From assembly GCA_951406725.2 (NCBI GenBank), contig OX597815.1, forward strand, positions 23,436,001 through 23,500,000: 64,000 nt of DNA, given 5' to 3'. This document shows, one piece after another, positions 24,914 through 38,295 of the stretch (positions within the stretch are counted from its first letter, which is position 1; each line of letters starts with the position of its first letter). A model generated the notes under the pieces. That model saw only the letters and a program-made list of their open reading frames with translations, ran no database searches and was not told the origin of the DNA. The position numbers and the translations under genes were made by a program. This DNA is from Octopus vulgaris. Taxonomy: Eukaryota.

Positions 24914-25334
24914 TTACAGTTATGGTAATCATCTTAACCCAAGTCAGTATACCAGTTGCTAATTGATTACATTTGTACTCTTGTGGCCAGAGTACTAGTT
25001 TCTGACACCTTTTTTTTTTTTCCTAATGATAGGGAAAAAAATCTACACATCAAAAAAATCATGACCTTTATCAGATTATGATAAATGCTGAAAGCTAAAT
25101 TTAAAATGTCTGAGACGAATAGTTGTTAGAGAATTTCCCAAATTATTAATGTTATATGTGTGTACATATTCTTGGTTGCAGGAATATGTATATATTAATA
25201 GTCCCAGAAAAGATTCATATCAGTTCAAATACAGCCTAGGACAAAGCACATATTCAGCAACAAAATACTTGATAACCATTAGTAATCAAACAGTGTAAAT
25301 GAATACACTGTAAATATACGCCAAAGACGAGGTT

Positions 25335-25367
<33 letters not shown>

Positions 25368-26399
25368 GTTTAACGTCCGCTTTCCATGCTAGCATGGGTT
25401 GGACGGTTCAACTGGGGTCTGGGAAGCCCGAAGGCTGCACCAGGCCAGTCAGATGTGGCAGTGTTTCTACAGCTGGATGCCCTTCCTAACGCCAACCACT
25501 CCGAGAGTGTAGTGGGTGATTTTATGTGCCACCGACACAGGTGCCAGACGAGGCTGGCAGACGGCCACGCTCGGATGGTGTTTTTTATGTGCCACCGACG
25601 AAAAATTAAAATCTTGGTTTTGTTTTCCCTGGTGCTAAACAAGGTTTTATCATTTTATAAATAACAACTTTGTACATTTTTTTATATGGTTGATAAGAAC
25701 TTAAGACTAACAATATTCCACAAGACTGTTGAAGTACCAGTGCTACACAATAAAAGAAATGAGAAAATGAAGGAGATTTTGTAACAAATCTTCCCCCCCC
25801 CCATAGTGTACTTTTGAGGTGGTAAAGAAACAAAACTTGTCTAATGAAGATGAATAAACTATAGTGATGACTAACTTGAGGAAGAAATGAGTGTTTCTTC
25901 TTATAGAAAGAGACACAGAAAATAGCAGGATATAAAATAGCAGTATGTTTGAATAAGTTAATGGAACAAGAATTCTAACTGTTCTAGCAAAAATACACCA
26001 GGGTTTCAGTTTATATTGAAGCAGCCAAATTGGAAAAAATGTCACAATTTAAAGGGTTAAAAATAAAACAAAAAACTGTAATAGTACCATGATGTTTTAA
26101 ATGTAAATCATTATAATAATCTTCAAATTTGCAAATAAGAGCCTTATTCTGAAAATGGTGGAGAGCTTTTAGAGAGAAATTTGGTTTCTTGACTGAGTAG
26201 GTTAAGCATTGCAACTATGAAGAATCACTCTCCTCTAACATGATGTTCTGATGGTAAAAATTATAACAAGTCAGAGTAAGACTATAAAAATATAGATGTA
26301 ATGATAGTATTTAATGTGATCAGTAAAAACAATACAAAGATGTTTGGGAATAGGTCAGTAAAAATATGATTAAGGAATCTTCAAGAAAATATTACTTAC

Positions 26400-26599
26400 T
26401 GGCACACTGGGATGGTCTGTGGAATAATTGACAACAATCCAGAGATCTGGTTTTTCTTCATCATCACTAATAACATGCCGAATATGGGACCAGAAAAGAG
26501 CATCTCTTTGTGATGCAGGCCATACACGTTTTATGACATTGTGACTGACAAAGGTATCTTCAGACAACCATTCTATACACCGAGTGCTTTCAAGAGTGC
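26400..26599 (-). CDS. CERT1: CERT1 START domain exon 3
   Basis: AG/GTAAGT borders, 200 nt, phase 1/0. Reads TLESTRCIEWLSEDTFVSHNVIKRVWPASQRDALFWSHIRH...WIVVNYSTDHPSVP, with the KRVWPASQRD signature. Confidence 0.97.
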
Positions 26600-27503
26600 C
26601 TAGCAACATAGAGAATCAATTTCAGTAATTTATTAGATAAATGTTTGAAGAAACAAATCAGGTTCATTAAGATAATCATAAAATTTGTGTACAAGTGAAT
26701 GCAGGTGTATGTGTGTGTGTGCAAATAAATATATGTGTATATACAAGGGAATGAGCAAGAGAGTGCAAGCAAGTACACCCAAGCACATATAGGTGTGTAT
26801 ATGTATCAGTGTAAAATGTAGTTTTCTTCTCCATAAAATGAAAGAAAGGAATTATCAATATTTCATATAATAATCAGTATCCTGATATAAGTCTTATTTT
26901 GGTCAGACCAGAAGTGAGATAGTACCAATCTGACAATAAAAAGTTCTTATTGCAATGAAACGGGCAAATAACACATTGTTAAAAGCCAAAAAATCAAATA
27001 TTCATAAGATAAATTTTTTTTTTTTTTATTTTATCTAGTTTCAGCTCACGAGCTGTGGCCATGCTGGGGCACCGCCATATCTAAAAAAAAAAAAAAATGA
27101 AGAGAGAATGAAAGCTGAGGGAAGAATACAGAGAACATGTATTCTTAAAAATATTGGTGCAGACAGGCTTGGTTGTGTGGTTAAGATGTTTGCTTCTCAA
27201 CCACAATACCACTGCATTGCACTTGGGACAAGTGACTTCTATTATAGCTCCAGGATTTTCTACAGCCAGGAGCCCTTCTTGTTGCCAACCTTCAAGAGGT
27301 CAATAAACTCCATTTGACTCACTAGCAGAAAGACTGCCCTCCAGGCAGTTTTCTGCCAGCCACTTGATAATATTTTCACATTTGATTCCCAATTCTAATA
27401 ATTGTTATATTTTACATCTGATGATATCTTTGTATAATAGTGCTCACTTTCTTAGCAAACACTGCTTTCATTATTTTATCAGCCATAATCTCTCTTTTTT
27501 TAA

Positions 27504-29296
27504 CCCTTTAGTGTTTAGACTGGCCAAAACTGACTGAAAATTATTCCCCTTTTATTTGTTTGAATTGGCCAAATCCAGCCGTATCTGATTACTCTATGAA
27601 ATTGCTAAAACAATAAACAAATCACATTACTGAATTCTCATAGCTTTGAGATAATATGAAATAAAGCCTTTCCTGCCTTTATTCAAGTAAAAATATGAAA
27701 TTTTTGAGACTCCCTTCCAACATTTGAAGAGAAGTGTATATCTTAGTTTTTAACAATATGATATCAGCAAGTAGTGATTCCAACTTCAAAGGTATTACTC
27801 TTGATGATGTACAAAATATAAATGAAAACAATGGTGATTTTGTCTTCAGATCAAACCTTATATTGATATTTATAAATCTTCATCGGAAGATTATGGAAGT
27901 GAAGTAAATGAAAGTGATAAAAAGGATATTGAAAACATTACAGCAACATAGTTGAAGATTACTACATGAACCACAATTTCTGATTTCACAGAAAAGATTC
28001 GTCCACAATAGTCTACCTCCTGATGTTCAGCCATTGGACTATTTATTTTTATTTTTACCAAAAAGTTTTTTTTTAAACTGTCATGGAGGAAACAAATATG
28101 CTCAACGCATAATTTCTATTCATGGAAGACCTGATCCACTATGGCAGTCCACTGATACTGCAGAAATGCAAGCTTTTTTTTACTATAAACACTATATTCC
28201 TCAACTGTGGAACTACTGGTATCCTGGTATAAGGTATGGTGATCCATATATCTCTAGCATTATGTCTAACTATAGTTAATTCATATATTGTTTATGTAAA
28301 AAGCCACAAGGCACCTCTGCCACCAAAGGACACCGGCCATTTGAAATTTCGGGTTGACATTGCATCTCAGCTACGTGAGGGCTTTTCTTCCAGAAAGTAC
28401 AGAATTGGGAGAAAAGCAAAATTAACTGAGGTGGATGCCAACAGAGAAAATACTGACTTTCATAAAGTTGAAAAAATAAATGAAAGGAAAGAAGTTTGCA
28501 AACTGTGTTTGCTACAAAAAGGAAAAACTGTGAAAGGATATCAGATCAAGACCTCATATATGTGTTCGTATTGCAAAGTGCCCTTGTGTAAAGGGTGCTT
28601 TGGACAGTTTCACGATAGAAATATGGCATAACTATATTTTGTTTGATAGTAATACTATTATATATTCCTTTCATTTTATTACAAATATGTGAAAGTGAGA
28701 AATACATATTAAGTTTCAGTATGTTACACACCTGTATTCACCTTTGTCTCACCTGTTAATGAGCTTTTTTTTTATTAGATGCATTGTTATGTAAATGCAT
28801 TCATTAAATGGTATAAGAGTACATAGCCAATAGTACATTGACTAGTAAAAGAGTTTTGTACTTTATTTTCAATGAAAATATTTGAATGAAATATAGAGAA
28901 AGAATAAAACCTTGTGCTGATTATACCTGTATTTTAATTCAAATTAATGTACCTCATCTTGAAAAGTGGAAAAATTGTTGGCAGTTGACATCTGGGATAA
29001 TTTTAATAACAAATCAAACAGGTAAGATGCATTTAGAATTTCAATTTTAGTGTTTATCCATAATGCTATTGGTTTTACACCTATTAATTAAATTGACCTG
29101 CCCATAAAATAATTTTACCTGCCAAAATTAGATAGCAATAATCCACTGGTATATAAGCACCCACTGACAAAATTTCAAACCTGTATGTAAAAAATTAACA
29201 AAGTTACAAGCAAATATTGTGGACACCTCTCTTGAACCTCAAAATGACAAGACAAATAAGCATTACATTTGACAGATTAATCTGAACACTAAAGGG
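27504..29296 (+). mobile_element. Decayed, internally deleted piggyBac-like element
   Basis: TTAA on both sides and TIRs ccctttagtgtt(t/c)aga. Internal ORF 28236-28631 ends in a piggyBac-type Cys-rich domain (CKLC...TSYMCSYCKVPLCKGCFGQFH), with N-terminal remnant PLDYLFLFLP...W..TD.AEMQAF. Confidence 0.85.
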
Positions 29297-30099
29297 TTAA
29301 ACAAACATCAAAATAGTCCAACTACAGAAGGAGAAGCAGTTTGTCAAGTTTTACCTTCCCCTGAGCATTCTAGTGAAGAATTCTGTATGTCCATCTGTAA
29401 GCTTTACAGAATAAACTGTGGGTTTTGCAAATAGCAAATTAAAGCTTGGAATGAAAACATTGAAACAGAGAGTGAGAAACTTTGCAAATGAAAACAGAAT
29501 ATTCTGCAGTGAATGCAACGAATATTTAAATTTGTGAAAAGTTGGAGTTCAAAAATTCAATATGGTTCCAAGTTATTTCAAAATTAGTTACTAAAATGAA
29601 CTTTGATTATCATTCTCAGGGCAACATTTCTTCACAAATTCACAGGAAAATCAGATACGTTTAAATTTCCATCGTATTTATTTCCATCAGACATACAGAA
29701 TTCTTCACTAGAATGCTCCAGGAAGAGCTTATTAGCTCAAAACTTCATTCTGTACCTTACTATACACTTCTGGGAATTGATTTGTTCTTTGCAAGGTCAT
29801 TTCAGATATGTTCTTATTATTAGCAAAGATTGCATCATCATATTTCACAAGATATTATTGATAATGATTCATTACTGATGCTGAACTACAAACTGAAAAG
29901 CTAGATAAACTGAGAAAAGAACAATATATTTATGACACAAAGCATAATCCTGAGCAGGATTTTAACCCGTGACTTTTCTATGGACCAACAGACCACCAAT
30001 AAACCAATGCACTGCTTCTATGCACTGTTTTATGTAAAATAATTACATACTGTTCTAGAATTGAAATATAAGAAGATGGTTGATATGTTTGTTTCTTAC

Positions 30100-30163
30100 C
30101 TTCCCAATCCATTCGTACATTCAAGTCCCAGAAATAATGACAAATCTCATGACCAGTGATTCC
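30100..30163 (-). CDS. CERT1: CERT1 START domain exon 2
   Basis: AG/GTAAGA borders, 64 nt, phase 0/1. Reads GITGHEICHYFWDLNVRMDWE(G). Confidence 0.95.
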
Positions 30164-30684
30164 CTTGAAGAGAAAAAAAAAACTTTATTAAATATGACAT
30201 TCAACACAATACTGCTTCTTTTTGTTATTCAGTTAGAAGATAGTGGTAAAGGAAAAACCTTCACCAAGGATCTGACTGTATGTTAGTGAAATGATTACAT
30301 GTCCATATTTTTGAGACAGATGCATTTAGAAGAGAACTAAGGTTATTTGGATTATTAACCAGCCTTCTTTATATTATTTAGAGTACTGTGCACTTAATTT
30401 ACAAAAAGAGATTTCCAGTAATTAGATGTCTGCAAGTAAAATAATGCATTTGAGATTCAAAACAAAATGAAAACCTCATTAAGAGATGGCATAGTTTAGA
30501 GTTATAAGTTTTGGACCATAGCTCCTATCTTAGATCTTTGAAGAAACTAACAGCTGACTCCCTACTCCGACATGCCAAATTCCGTTCATCTATAAACATA
30601 ATTTGGTGACTAATGTAGCATGTTCAAATCTCGATCAGTAAAAACATTCACCATTAGAAATAAACGAGTAAACATATTTGGTTG

Positions 30685-30903
30685 TTAACCCATTAGCATT
30701 TAAACCAGTCATATCCGGCCCAAATACTGTTTTACATTCAAACTAGCCAGATCTGGCATTTCACGCCTATCCTAAAATGTCATAAAAGTAAACAAGCACA
30801 TCATCAAAATATCAAAGCTCTAAGAAAATGCATGGTTACTTCAAAACAATGTTAATAAATAAGCATTTCATTTGATAGAGTAATCTGGAGATTAAAGAGT
30901 TAA
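30685..30903 (+). mobile_element. piggyBac-type MITE (same family as 6151-6390)
   Basis: Reads ttaacccattagcatttaaacc ... attaaagagttaa, with TTAA ends. Confidence 0.7.
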
Positions 30904-31430
30904 AATACATCAAATAAAAAATCAAATGCTTAAAGAAAAGACATTTTTATTACATTTAATTTTTCATTTTAACATAAGATTTTTTTTTTCTTTGGTAAAT
31001 TTAGATACTTGCAAACTGCTGGAAGAATTGAATATCCTGCCTGTTGCTAACCACAAGTAGGTAAGATACATATAGTAACCCACAAACAGAGTGAGACACC
31101 TTAAAACAATAATTGTGGTGAAGTTTGAACTCGCAACCATAGTAGTTGTTTTACATTTTTATTTATACTGATAGATATCAGATATAAACACATATTTGAA
31201 ATTTTGCAGTCATGATTGCAAAAAGTTGACAAAGCCATTGATGCTTCAACTATTTGTTTCAATCTGAAAAAGGGCAGTGTGATAAGACCTTAAACAATGA
31301 TTAGTTAAGTAGTAGATTCTAAAATCTAGCAGAATAGCGTAGAGAAGGCAAGTTTCTTTATCAACAAATACCAAAATTATAAAAAAAATCAAGTGTGTTT
31401 ACTATGATTCCAGTTTACAGAATGGCTTAC

Positions 31431-31601
31431 CTTAACTGTATGGACAGCTTTCAGAGGATCAATGACAAGCCCATCCTCTTCTAGTTCTCGTTTCAAAACT
31501 TTCATCTCTCCTTCTTCATGAATAAGAATCCAGTTATCTTCTTCACCTGCAGCATTTTTTTCTTCTAAATAATTCAAGTGTTCACCCGTAATTTGATTAA
31601 T
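31431..31601 (-). CDS. CERT1: CERT1 START domain exon 1
   Basis: AG/GTAAGC borders, 171 nt. Reads INQITGEHLNYLEEKNAAGEEDNWILIHEEGEMKVLKRELEEDGLVIDPLKAVHTVK (CERT: [32 protein letters not shown]). Confidence 0.97.
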
Positions 31602-31972
31602 CTTTAAAAAAAAAAAAGTATATATTTTAATCAACAAAGATATCTTACTATTTTGGAACCAAATCATTCCTGAATGTAAAAGTCAATTGCAAAGCAAAAG
31701 TTTCATATAAATATATATAAACATATAACTCAGGTAGAGATTTAAAAAGCAAGCAAATATCAGTAAACAAGGAAAACGAAATAGTTTTACAAGCAATTAA
31801 CTTTTCTGCTTATAATGATTACTTTTTTAATGAATATCTTATAAAGTTTCATTACATTTAAGTATACATCTGATTAAATGTATTAAAAGGTAAACAATAA
31901 TACTCTTAATAATTAAGAAATGTAGAATAGTTTACTACATCAGAGCTTCAATAGATAATTAACTGAACTTGC

Positions 31973-32047
31973 CTCATTATACAAGCTGTGATTAGGTGAT
32001 AGAGAGATAGCAGGAGGGGGCATTGGTTTACCAACAGGGTTAAGTTT
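31973..32047 (-). CDS. CERT1: CERT1 linker exon ending at a non-canonical GC donor
   Basis: Strong acceptor tttttctcttctttcag, 75 nt, phase 0/0, reading KLNPVGKPMPPPAISLSPNHSLYNE. Ends GAG|gcaagt and bridges the FFAT exon to the START exon in frame. Confidence 0.8.
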
Positions 32048-34428
32048 CTGAAAGAAGAGAAAAACAAAAGTGACATGTAAAACTTTATGTTATAAAAAAA
32101 ATATAAATAATCCAGAAATATTTTAACTGTTTCATCGCTACATTTTAAAGGAAAAAAACCTTTTAAAGTATTAAATAATGTTATTGTATGAAAATAAAAT
32201 TAAAATATTTCCAAAGTCCTGATAGGCTTAAAAGGAGCAGTTTTGGTTTCACAGTGTCGAAGTCGAAATCAAACTCGGTGACTGGCATCCGTTGCTAGTG
32301 GAGCGCTAAGAGTACCATACAAGTGAGATCGTTGCCAGAGCAACAAGCTGGCCTTCGTGCTGATGGCATATTAAGCACACCATTCGTGCGTGATTGTTAC
32401 CGCGTCGCCTTACTAGCACTTGTGCTGGTGGCACGTGAAACATTCGAGTGAGGTCGTCGCCAGTGCCACTGGACTGGCTCCTGTGCAGGTGGCACGTAAA
32501 AAGTACCAACCGATCATGGCCATTGCCAGTTCCACCAAACTGGCCCTTGTGCCGGTGGTGCGTAAAAGCACCCACTACACTCTCGGAGTGGTTGGCATTA
32601 GGAAGGGCATCCAGCTGTAGAAACTCTGCCAGATCAGATCGGAGTTTGGGTCGCCAGACCTCAGTCAAATTGTCCAACCCATGCTAGCATAGAAAGCGGA
32701 CATTAAATGATGATGATGATGAGTGGAAAACACATGGAAAACTCCACTGACTGATGACCGTAATGTCCAGAGAGCTGATACATATATCTGGCATGAACTG
32801 ATATACATAGCATGCAACAAGAAACATGTAATCAACTTCAACTCAAGACTTATGATGTTCTATTTGACTTTCATAGATGAAATAAACATCGAATATGCCT
32901 TGGCCCATGCAGAAACTACAAGAGCAACTCAGGTATTACAAGCTCTTCTTCTGAATCCATTACTGTGTTGGACACTTTTCTGTATCATCACTTGGTATTT
33001 CAGGGTCACAAGCATTTTACCTCTTAGTCTGTATGCTTTTCTGAGTTGGGCAATGAGGACTGAATTAGAATTCACCTGTAGAAGGGTTCCACCTGCAGCT
33101 TCCTGTCAACTACAGCCACCTTAAAGCTAGTTATATATATTTCTATTATCAAAATTAAATTAATGTAATAAGGTCAAGATCATCACCATCATCATTTAAC
33201 GTCCGTTTTCCATGCTGGCATGGGTTGGAAAGCTTAACACAAACTAATAAGGACAAGGTCCACACCAGGTTCCACCGTCTACTTTGGCATGGTTTTTACA
33301 GCTAAATGCCCTTCCTAATGCCAACCACCCCACAAAATGTACTGGGTGCCTCTCATGTGGTACCAGCATCAATACTTTTTACATGGCACCTTGGTTTTAG
33401 GATCTCAATTCTGTTGTGATGGGTGGTTTTCTTAAGTACAGTGATGTGCCACATATCTTGGTCCTCTGTCATGTCCCTCATAAGGCTCAACATTTTGATA
33501 TTGGCCTTCAATATTTCATCCTCGGCCTTTTACAACTATAGTTAATGCCTCTCTCTTCATCTGATTTAATCCAATACAAAATAAAACTTATTCTAATTTC
33601 AATTTAATACTTCATTATATTGCCCCTTCCTTTGAATAATTCAAAGAAATCATTGCAAATTTCATACAAAGCAGGGAGTCTTTCTAGGTTAAGCCACTAC
33701 TTCTTCACATTGAGAGGTCACAGCTCTGATAGAACAAACATGAGAGTAGGTCATAGGAAAAGGAAAGGATTGCAAGACAGATTCAAGCTGAGTCAACCAG
33801 CAGGAGACCTAGGGGCGGGCCATCCATAATCTCAGCTGGTCATGCTTGGGAAGCCAGCTGAAAAGTGTAATGATGGTTGCTGTTGATATGACTCTATGGA
33901 GAAGTTGTAGGGACACTACTCCTACAACCCTCCCAGAAATGGAAGGCAGTAGCATAAATGACTGGATGGAATTTTAAATCTTAGAAAATTTGTTCACTTT
34001 TAATCAAACCATCCTAAAAGATAATGTTCACCAGATGCTACTAAAAACACCTAAATAACTGCCCAGTATATAAAACAACAATATCTTACATTAGCAACAA
34101 GGTTGCTAATTTGTATCTCTGGGGTATGATCAGCTAAATAAATCCCAGTTATAACTACTTGTACTTATTTTATTGACCTGAAGAAAGTTAAAGGCAGTTT
34201 AGTTGGTTTTTGAAATTAAAACACAAATATAACAAATCTAAAAATATGTAGTATGGAATAATTATGATTTTTCTGACTATTAAGCACATCTTTAAAGATG
34301 AAATATTCCTTTTATATTCACATCTACACTACGTTTCAATCAGTTTACAGAAGTACTAAAAAAGAATTAATGCAAATAACAGGTTTTCTTTCTCAATAAG
34401 GTTTACTTCCCTTTACCAAATACTTTAA

Positions 34429-34648
34429 CCTTTTCGTTACCAACCTGGCTGAAACTGACTCTGGCTCTGAGTACAAATGTCTTGTTTTCAAAAGTTTTGA
34501 ATTAAAATCTTTCACCAAACCTTAGTCACAATTTATGTTCCTAACACTAGCTTAAAGATAACTAAGTTATTTTACTAAATTCTTTGTTATATTTAAAGTA
34601 ATTGAAAGAAACCCAGAGCATCTCAAAATAAACACAGTAATGAAAGGC
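34429..34648. mobile_element. TTAA-flanked MITE (second family)
   Basis: Terminal inverted repeats ttaa|ccttttcgttac ... gtaatgaaaggc|ttaa. Confidence 0.7.
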
Positions 34649-34979
34649 TTAATAGCTGTTGATATTATTCACTGATGGTCTACACATTTTTATAAAAGAT
34701 TAAAAGCACATAGAATAACATATTTCAATTCCTATAAGAAATATATCATTACCTACATTTTTATATAAAAACAAGTTATCAACCTGCTAGAAATAGCGAC
34801 CAAATCCTACCATAGTAAAAAAAGGTTGCACAGAATAATAATATAATCCTCAATATACTATGCCACCAAAAAAAGACAAAATGGCCATGGCATGAAGATC
34901 TTTGATCTGGATTGACCTGGTACTAAACAACAATATAAAACAACCAACAGACAATCAAGTGTCATTGAAATCAACTTAC

Positions 34980-35066
34980 TCTTTCTTCCTCTTTTTCCAA
35001 TTTGTCAAGAGCAGCATCAACAGCATCAAAAAACTCATCTTCATTAATTGCACAATGTGGCCCTTC
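34980..35066 (-). CDS. CERT1: CERT1 coding exon with FFAT (VAP-binding) motif
   Basis: AG/GTAAGT borders, 87 nt. Reads EGPHCAINEDEFFDAVDAALDKLEKEEER; EFFDAxD is the FFAT motif. Confidence 0.95.
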
Positions 35067-37974
35067 CTAAAGTTTATAAAGAACAAAACATGTAGATAGA
35101 TCAGAAAGTAAAGAGATGATGTGCAGGGTTTAAGAATTGGGGCAAAGATTTGTACAGTGACAGAGAACAGCAGTTCATAAAGGTTGGCTATAGTGAGTGG
35201 GGTAACAACAGATGTAGGGAGCATTGAGAGCAGATATAAAAAGGCATTGAGAATGATAGGAGAGGTTTTAAAGATAAGTTGCAGCTGACCTAAGATGTTG
35301 TCAGAGGAGAATATGTAAATATGTAAATGGAAAAATAAAATAAAAATTCAACATACAGAAGCTATGCATAATTAAGAATGGAAGACAAGTGTATTCATAT
35401 AAATGTAAAGAGAAAAGTTAAGTATAAAGAAAAGAAAATGGAAATATAGTTATCATAAAGAAAAGAAAAAGAAAATTTAAATTTGTAGATGTGCAAGGGA
35501 AATAATTTGAAAATATAAAAACGAAATTTGAAAATTATTCAAGGAAAGGAAATAATAGGTTCAAAAAGAGTGGCAAAAAAAACTTGATTGATCAGAAATA
35601 AATCAGAGATTAACCATTGAAAGGAAAAGAGAAAAATACTTCAAAGTATAGAGGTCTGTGCCTCCAGGAACTTCACAATTGGTACTTTTCATTTTAATGT
35701 GTATAAATCACAAAATAAAATGTAAAGCTTCTCACTTAAGCACAGATAACAATGCAAGTTTGAGTTGAAGGACCTATATTCTTACAGTGAAGCTTGATGA
35801 ATATGCCATCTTATTTTAAGCATGGTCAAATAGATTTTTTCAAGGCCCAAATGTACTTGGACAAAGTTATTTGAAATTATTTTCTACATGCTTGAAAGAA
35901 TGGCTATACTGATAGAAAAGAAAAAGGCATTTTTGTGAGCACATTTCCATTGAAGTTTATAATGGGACTGAATTATACAAAACTTTCAGAATTTATATTT
36001 TAGAGTTTCCAATTAAAAAACTATCTTGGGAGGAGGTCATTTATGGAGATGCTATGTTCTTAGCCTTACACAACATGAATGACCAAAACCCAGAAGGGTC
36101 TCTTATATTATTTAGGGAAATGGATTTAACAATTTAAAGTATAGTTAATGTGTTACATGTAACTTCAATAAAAATACATTTTGCCCATACCAAAAACCCA
36201 CAGAAAAAATATTTTATAAGAATTTCAATCACTTATCTAATACTCTATGAATTTTCATTTCTAATATTGGTGAATGCATTTCTATATTATCCTTTGATGA
36301 AGTAACGTTCATGAGAGGTCCTTATAATAAGGAAAACCTGTCATAGAGTAAAATCAAGACCTGCTTCAATCAGCATATCCATTCTCACATGCATCAAAGA
36401 GAAATATTTAAAAAATCCGTGTTTTACTCTTACTCTTTTACTTGTTTCAGTCATTTCACTGCGGCCATGATGGAGCACCACCTTTAATCGAGCAACTCGA
36501 CCCCGGGACTTATTCTTTGTAAGCCCAGTACTTATTCTATCGGTCTCTTTTGCTGAACCGCTAAGTGACGGGGACATAAACCAGCATCGGTTGTCAAGCA
36601 ATGCTAGGGGGACAAACACAGACACACAAACACACATGCACATATATACATACACATACATATAAATGTATATACATATACATATATACAACGGGCTTCT
36701 TTCAGTTTCCGTCTGCCAAATCCACTCACAAGGCTTTGGTCGGCCTGAGGCTATAGTAGAAGACACTTGCCCGAGGTGCCACACAGTGGGACTGAACCCA
36801 GAATCATGTGGTTGGTAAGCAAGCTACTTACCATACAGCCATTCCTGCACCTCCTGTGTTTATTCAAGTACATTTTGCTTTTTTTTAAAGAATTTAGTCT
36901 CATTGTTTAAAACTAAATGTTGTAATTTGGAACAAGCTTCAAGAACTTGTAAACCATACTTAAGTGAGAAGTTTTTCCATTTTATTTCAAAATTTGCATG
37001 CATTAAATGAAAGGTGTTAATTATGAAGCTCCTGTAGGCACACCAGCAAGAGTTGACTTTTAAACTGCTTCCCAATAGTTAACCTCTTTCAGTGGTCGTA
37101 TTCTGTCAACTCAATGTGACAGTCCCGTGAGGGAACTACACCACTGCCATTTAGCCCTAGGAAACATCGATGTCTCCTGTCGGCTTTGACACATTAGAGA
37201 TTCAATATTTCTAACCTTTCATTTCTCCAAATAATCTTTCACCACCATCTTTTTTTTTTTTATCCTATCCACATTTCCTTTCCAAGAATAATTTTCATTT
37301 TTATATCTTTGTTGTCTGCATTTTGTATTTTTTAATTTCACATATTTACATTGCTTTTATTTTTTCATTTTTTAAATTTTTGAGTTATTCCCCTTACACT
37401 CTTTGACTATCTTGCATTTCTTTTTTTTTTCTTTTATTCGTTTCACTATATTTGCTTTCTTCCATATATTCATTCGTTTACAATTATCTAGATAATAATC
37501 ATCATCATCATCATCGTTTAACGTCCGTTCTCCATGCTAGCATGGGTTGGACGGTTCGACCGGGGTTCTGGGAAGCCAGAAGGCTGCACCAGGCTCCAGT
37601 CTAATCTGGCAATGTTTCTACAGCTGGATGCCCTTCCTAACGCCAACCACTCCGTGAGTGTAGTGGGTGCTTTTTACGTGCCACCTGCACAGGTGCCAGG
37701 CGAGGCTGGCAACGGCCACGGTCGGATTGGTGTATTTTATTTGCCACCGGCACGGAAGCCAGTCGAGGCGGTGCTGGCATCGGCCACGAGTCGGATAGTG
37801 CTTTTTACGTACCACCAGACCAGGGATCCTGGCTGGTTCAATTCGATTTCGATTTCGCTTGCCCCAACATGTCTTCACAAGCAAAGGGGGTTGGCATGGG
37901 TGCCTGTCGTACGGTCGGATTGGAGTATTTTACGTGCCACCGGCACGGAAGCCAGTCGAAGCGGCGCTGTCAAA

Positions 37975-38295
37975 AGTGCGTATAAAGCATATGCAGTAAT
38001 GTACAAATGCCTGGAAAGTGAACAGTGTATGAGTCAGATACATGCTTGCGCGTGTATAGAGGGGAGAAAACCAGGTGTAGTGTTGACAAATCTCAGGAAG
38101 CATGGAAGTTTTGAAGGAGGCAGTGCTCCGACAACTAAACAACTGATGCAGGCAGTCTGTTCCATGCTTCAGCAACTCTTAGCGTGAAAAAATGTTTCCG
38201 AAAGTCATGGGAGCTGTGCTGTTTTCTGACTTTGTAAACATATCCACGGGTGTTAGACAGGTGGAGTTTGAAAAGGTGCTCAGAGTTATTGTTTG
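37975..38295 (-). mobile_element. CR1/L2-like LINE 3' end
   Basis: Reads HLFKLHLSNTRGYVYKVRKQHSSHDFRKHFFTLRVAEAWNRLPASVV, a typical CR1-group ORF2 C-terminus. Confidence 0.75.

Noticed and set aside
28236-28631. Domesticated PGBD gene
   Set aside because: The catalytic core is deleted, upstream frames have stops and frameshifts, and the TIRs and TTAA are still present.
34090-34133. AG...GTAAGA-bounded 44-nt segment on the minus strand
   Set aside because: It is not frame-preserving and shows no CERT similarity. The 31973-32047 exon fits better.
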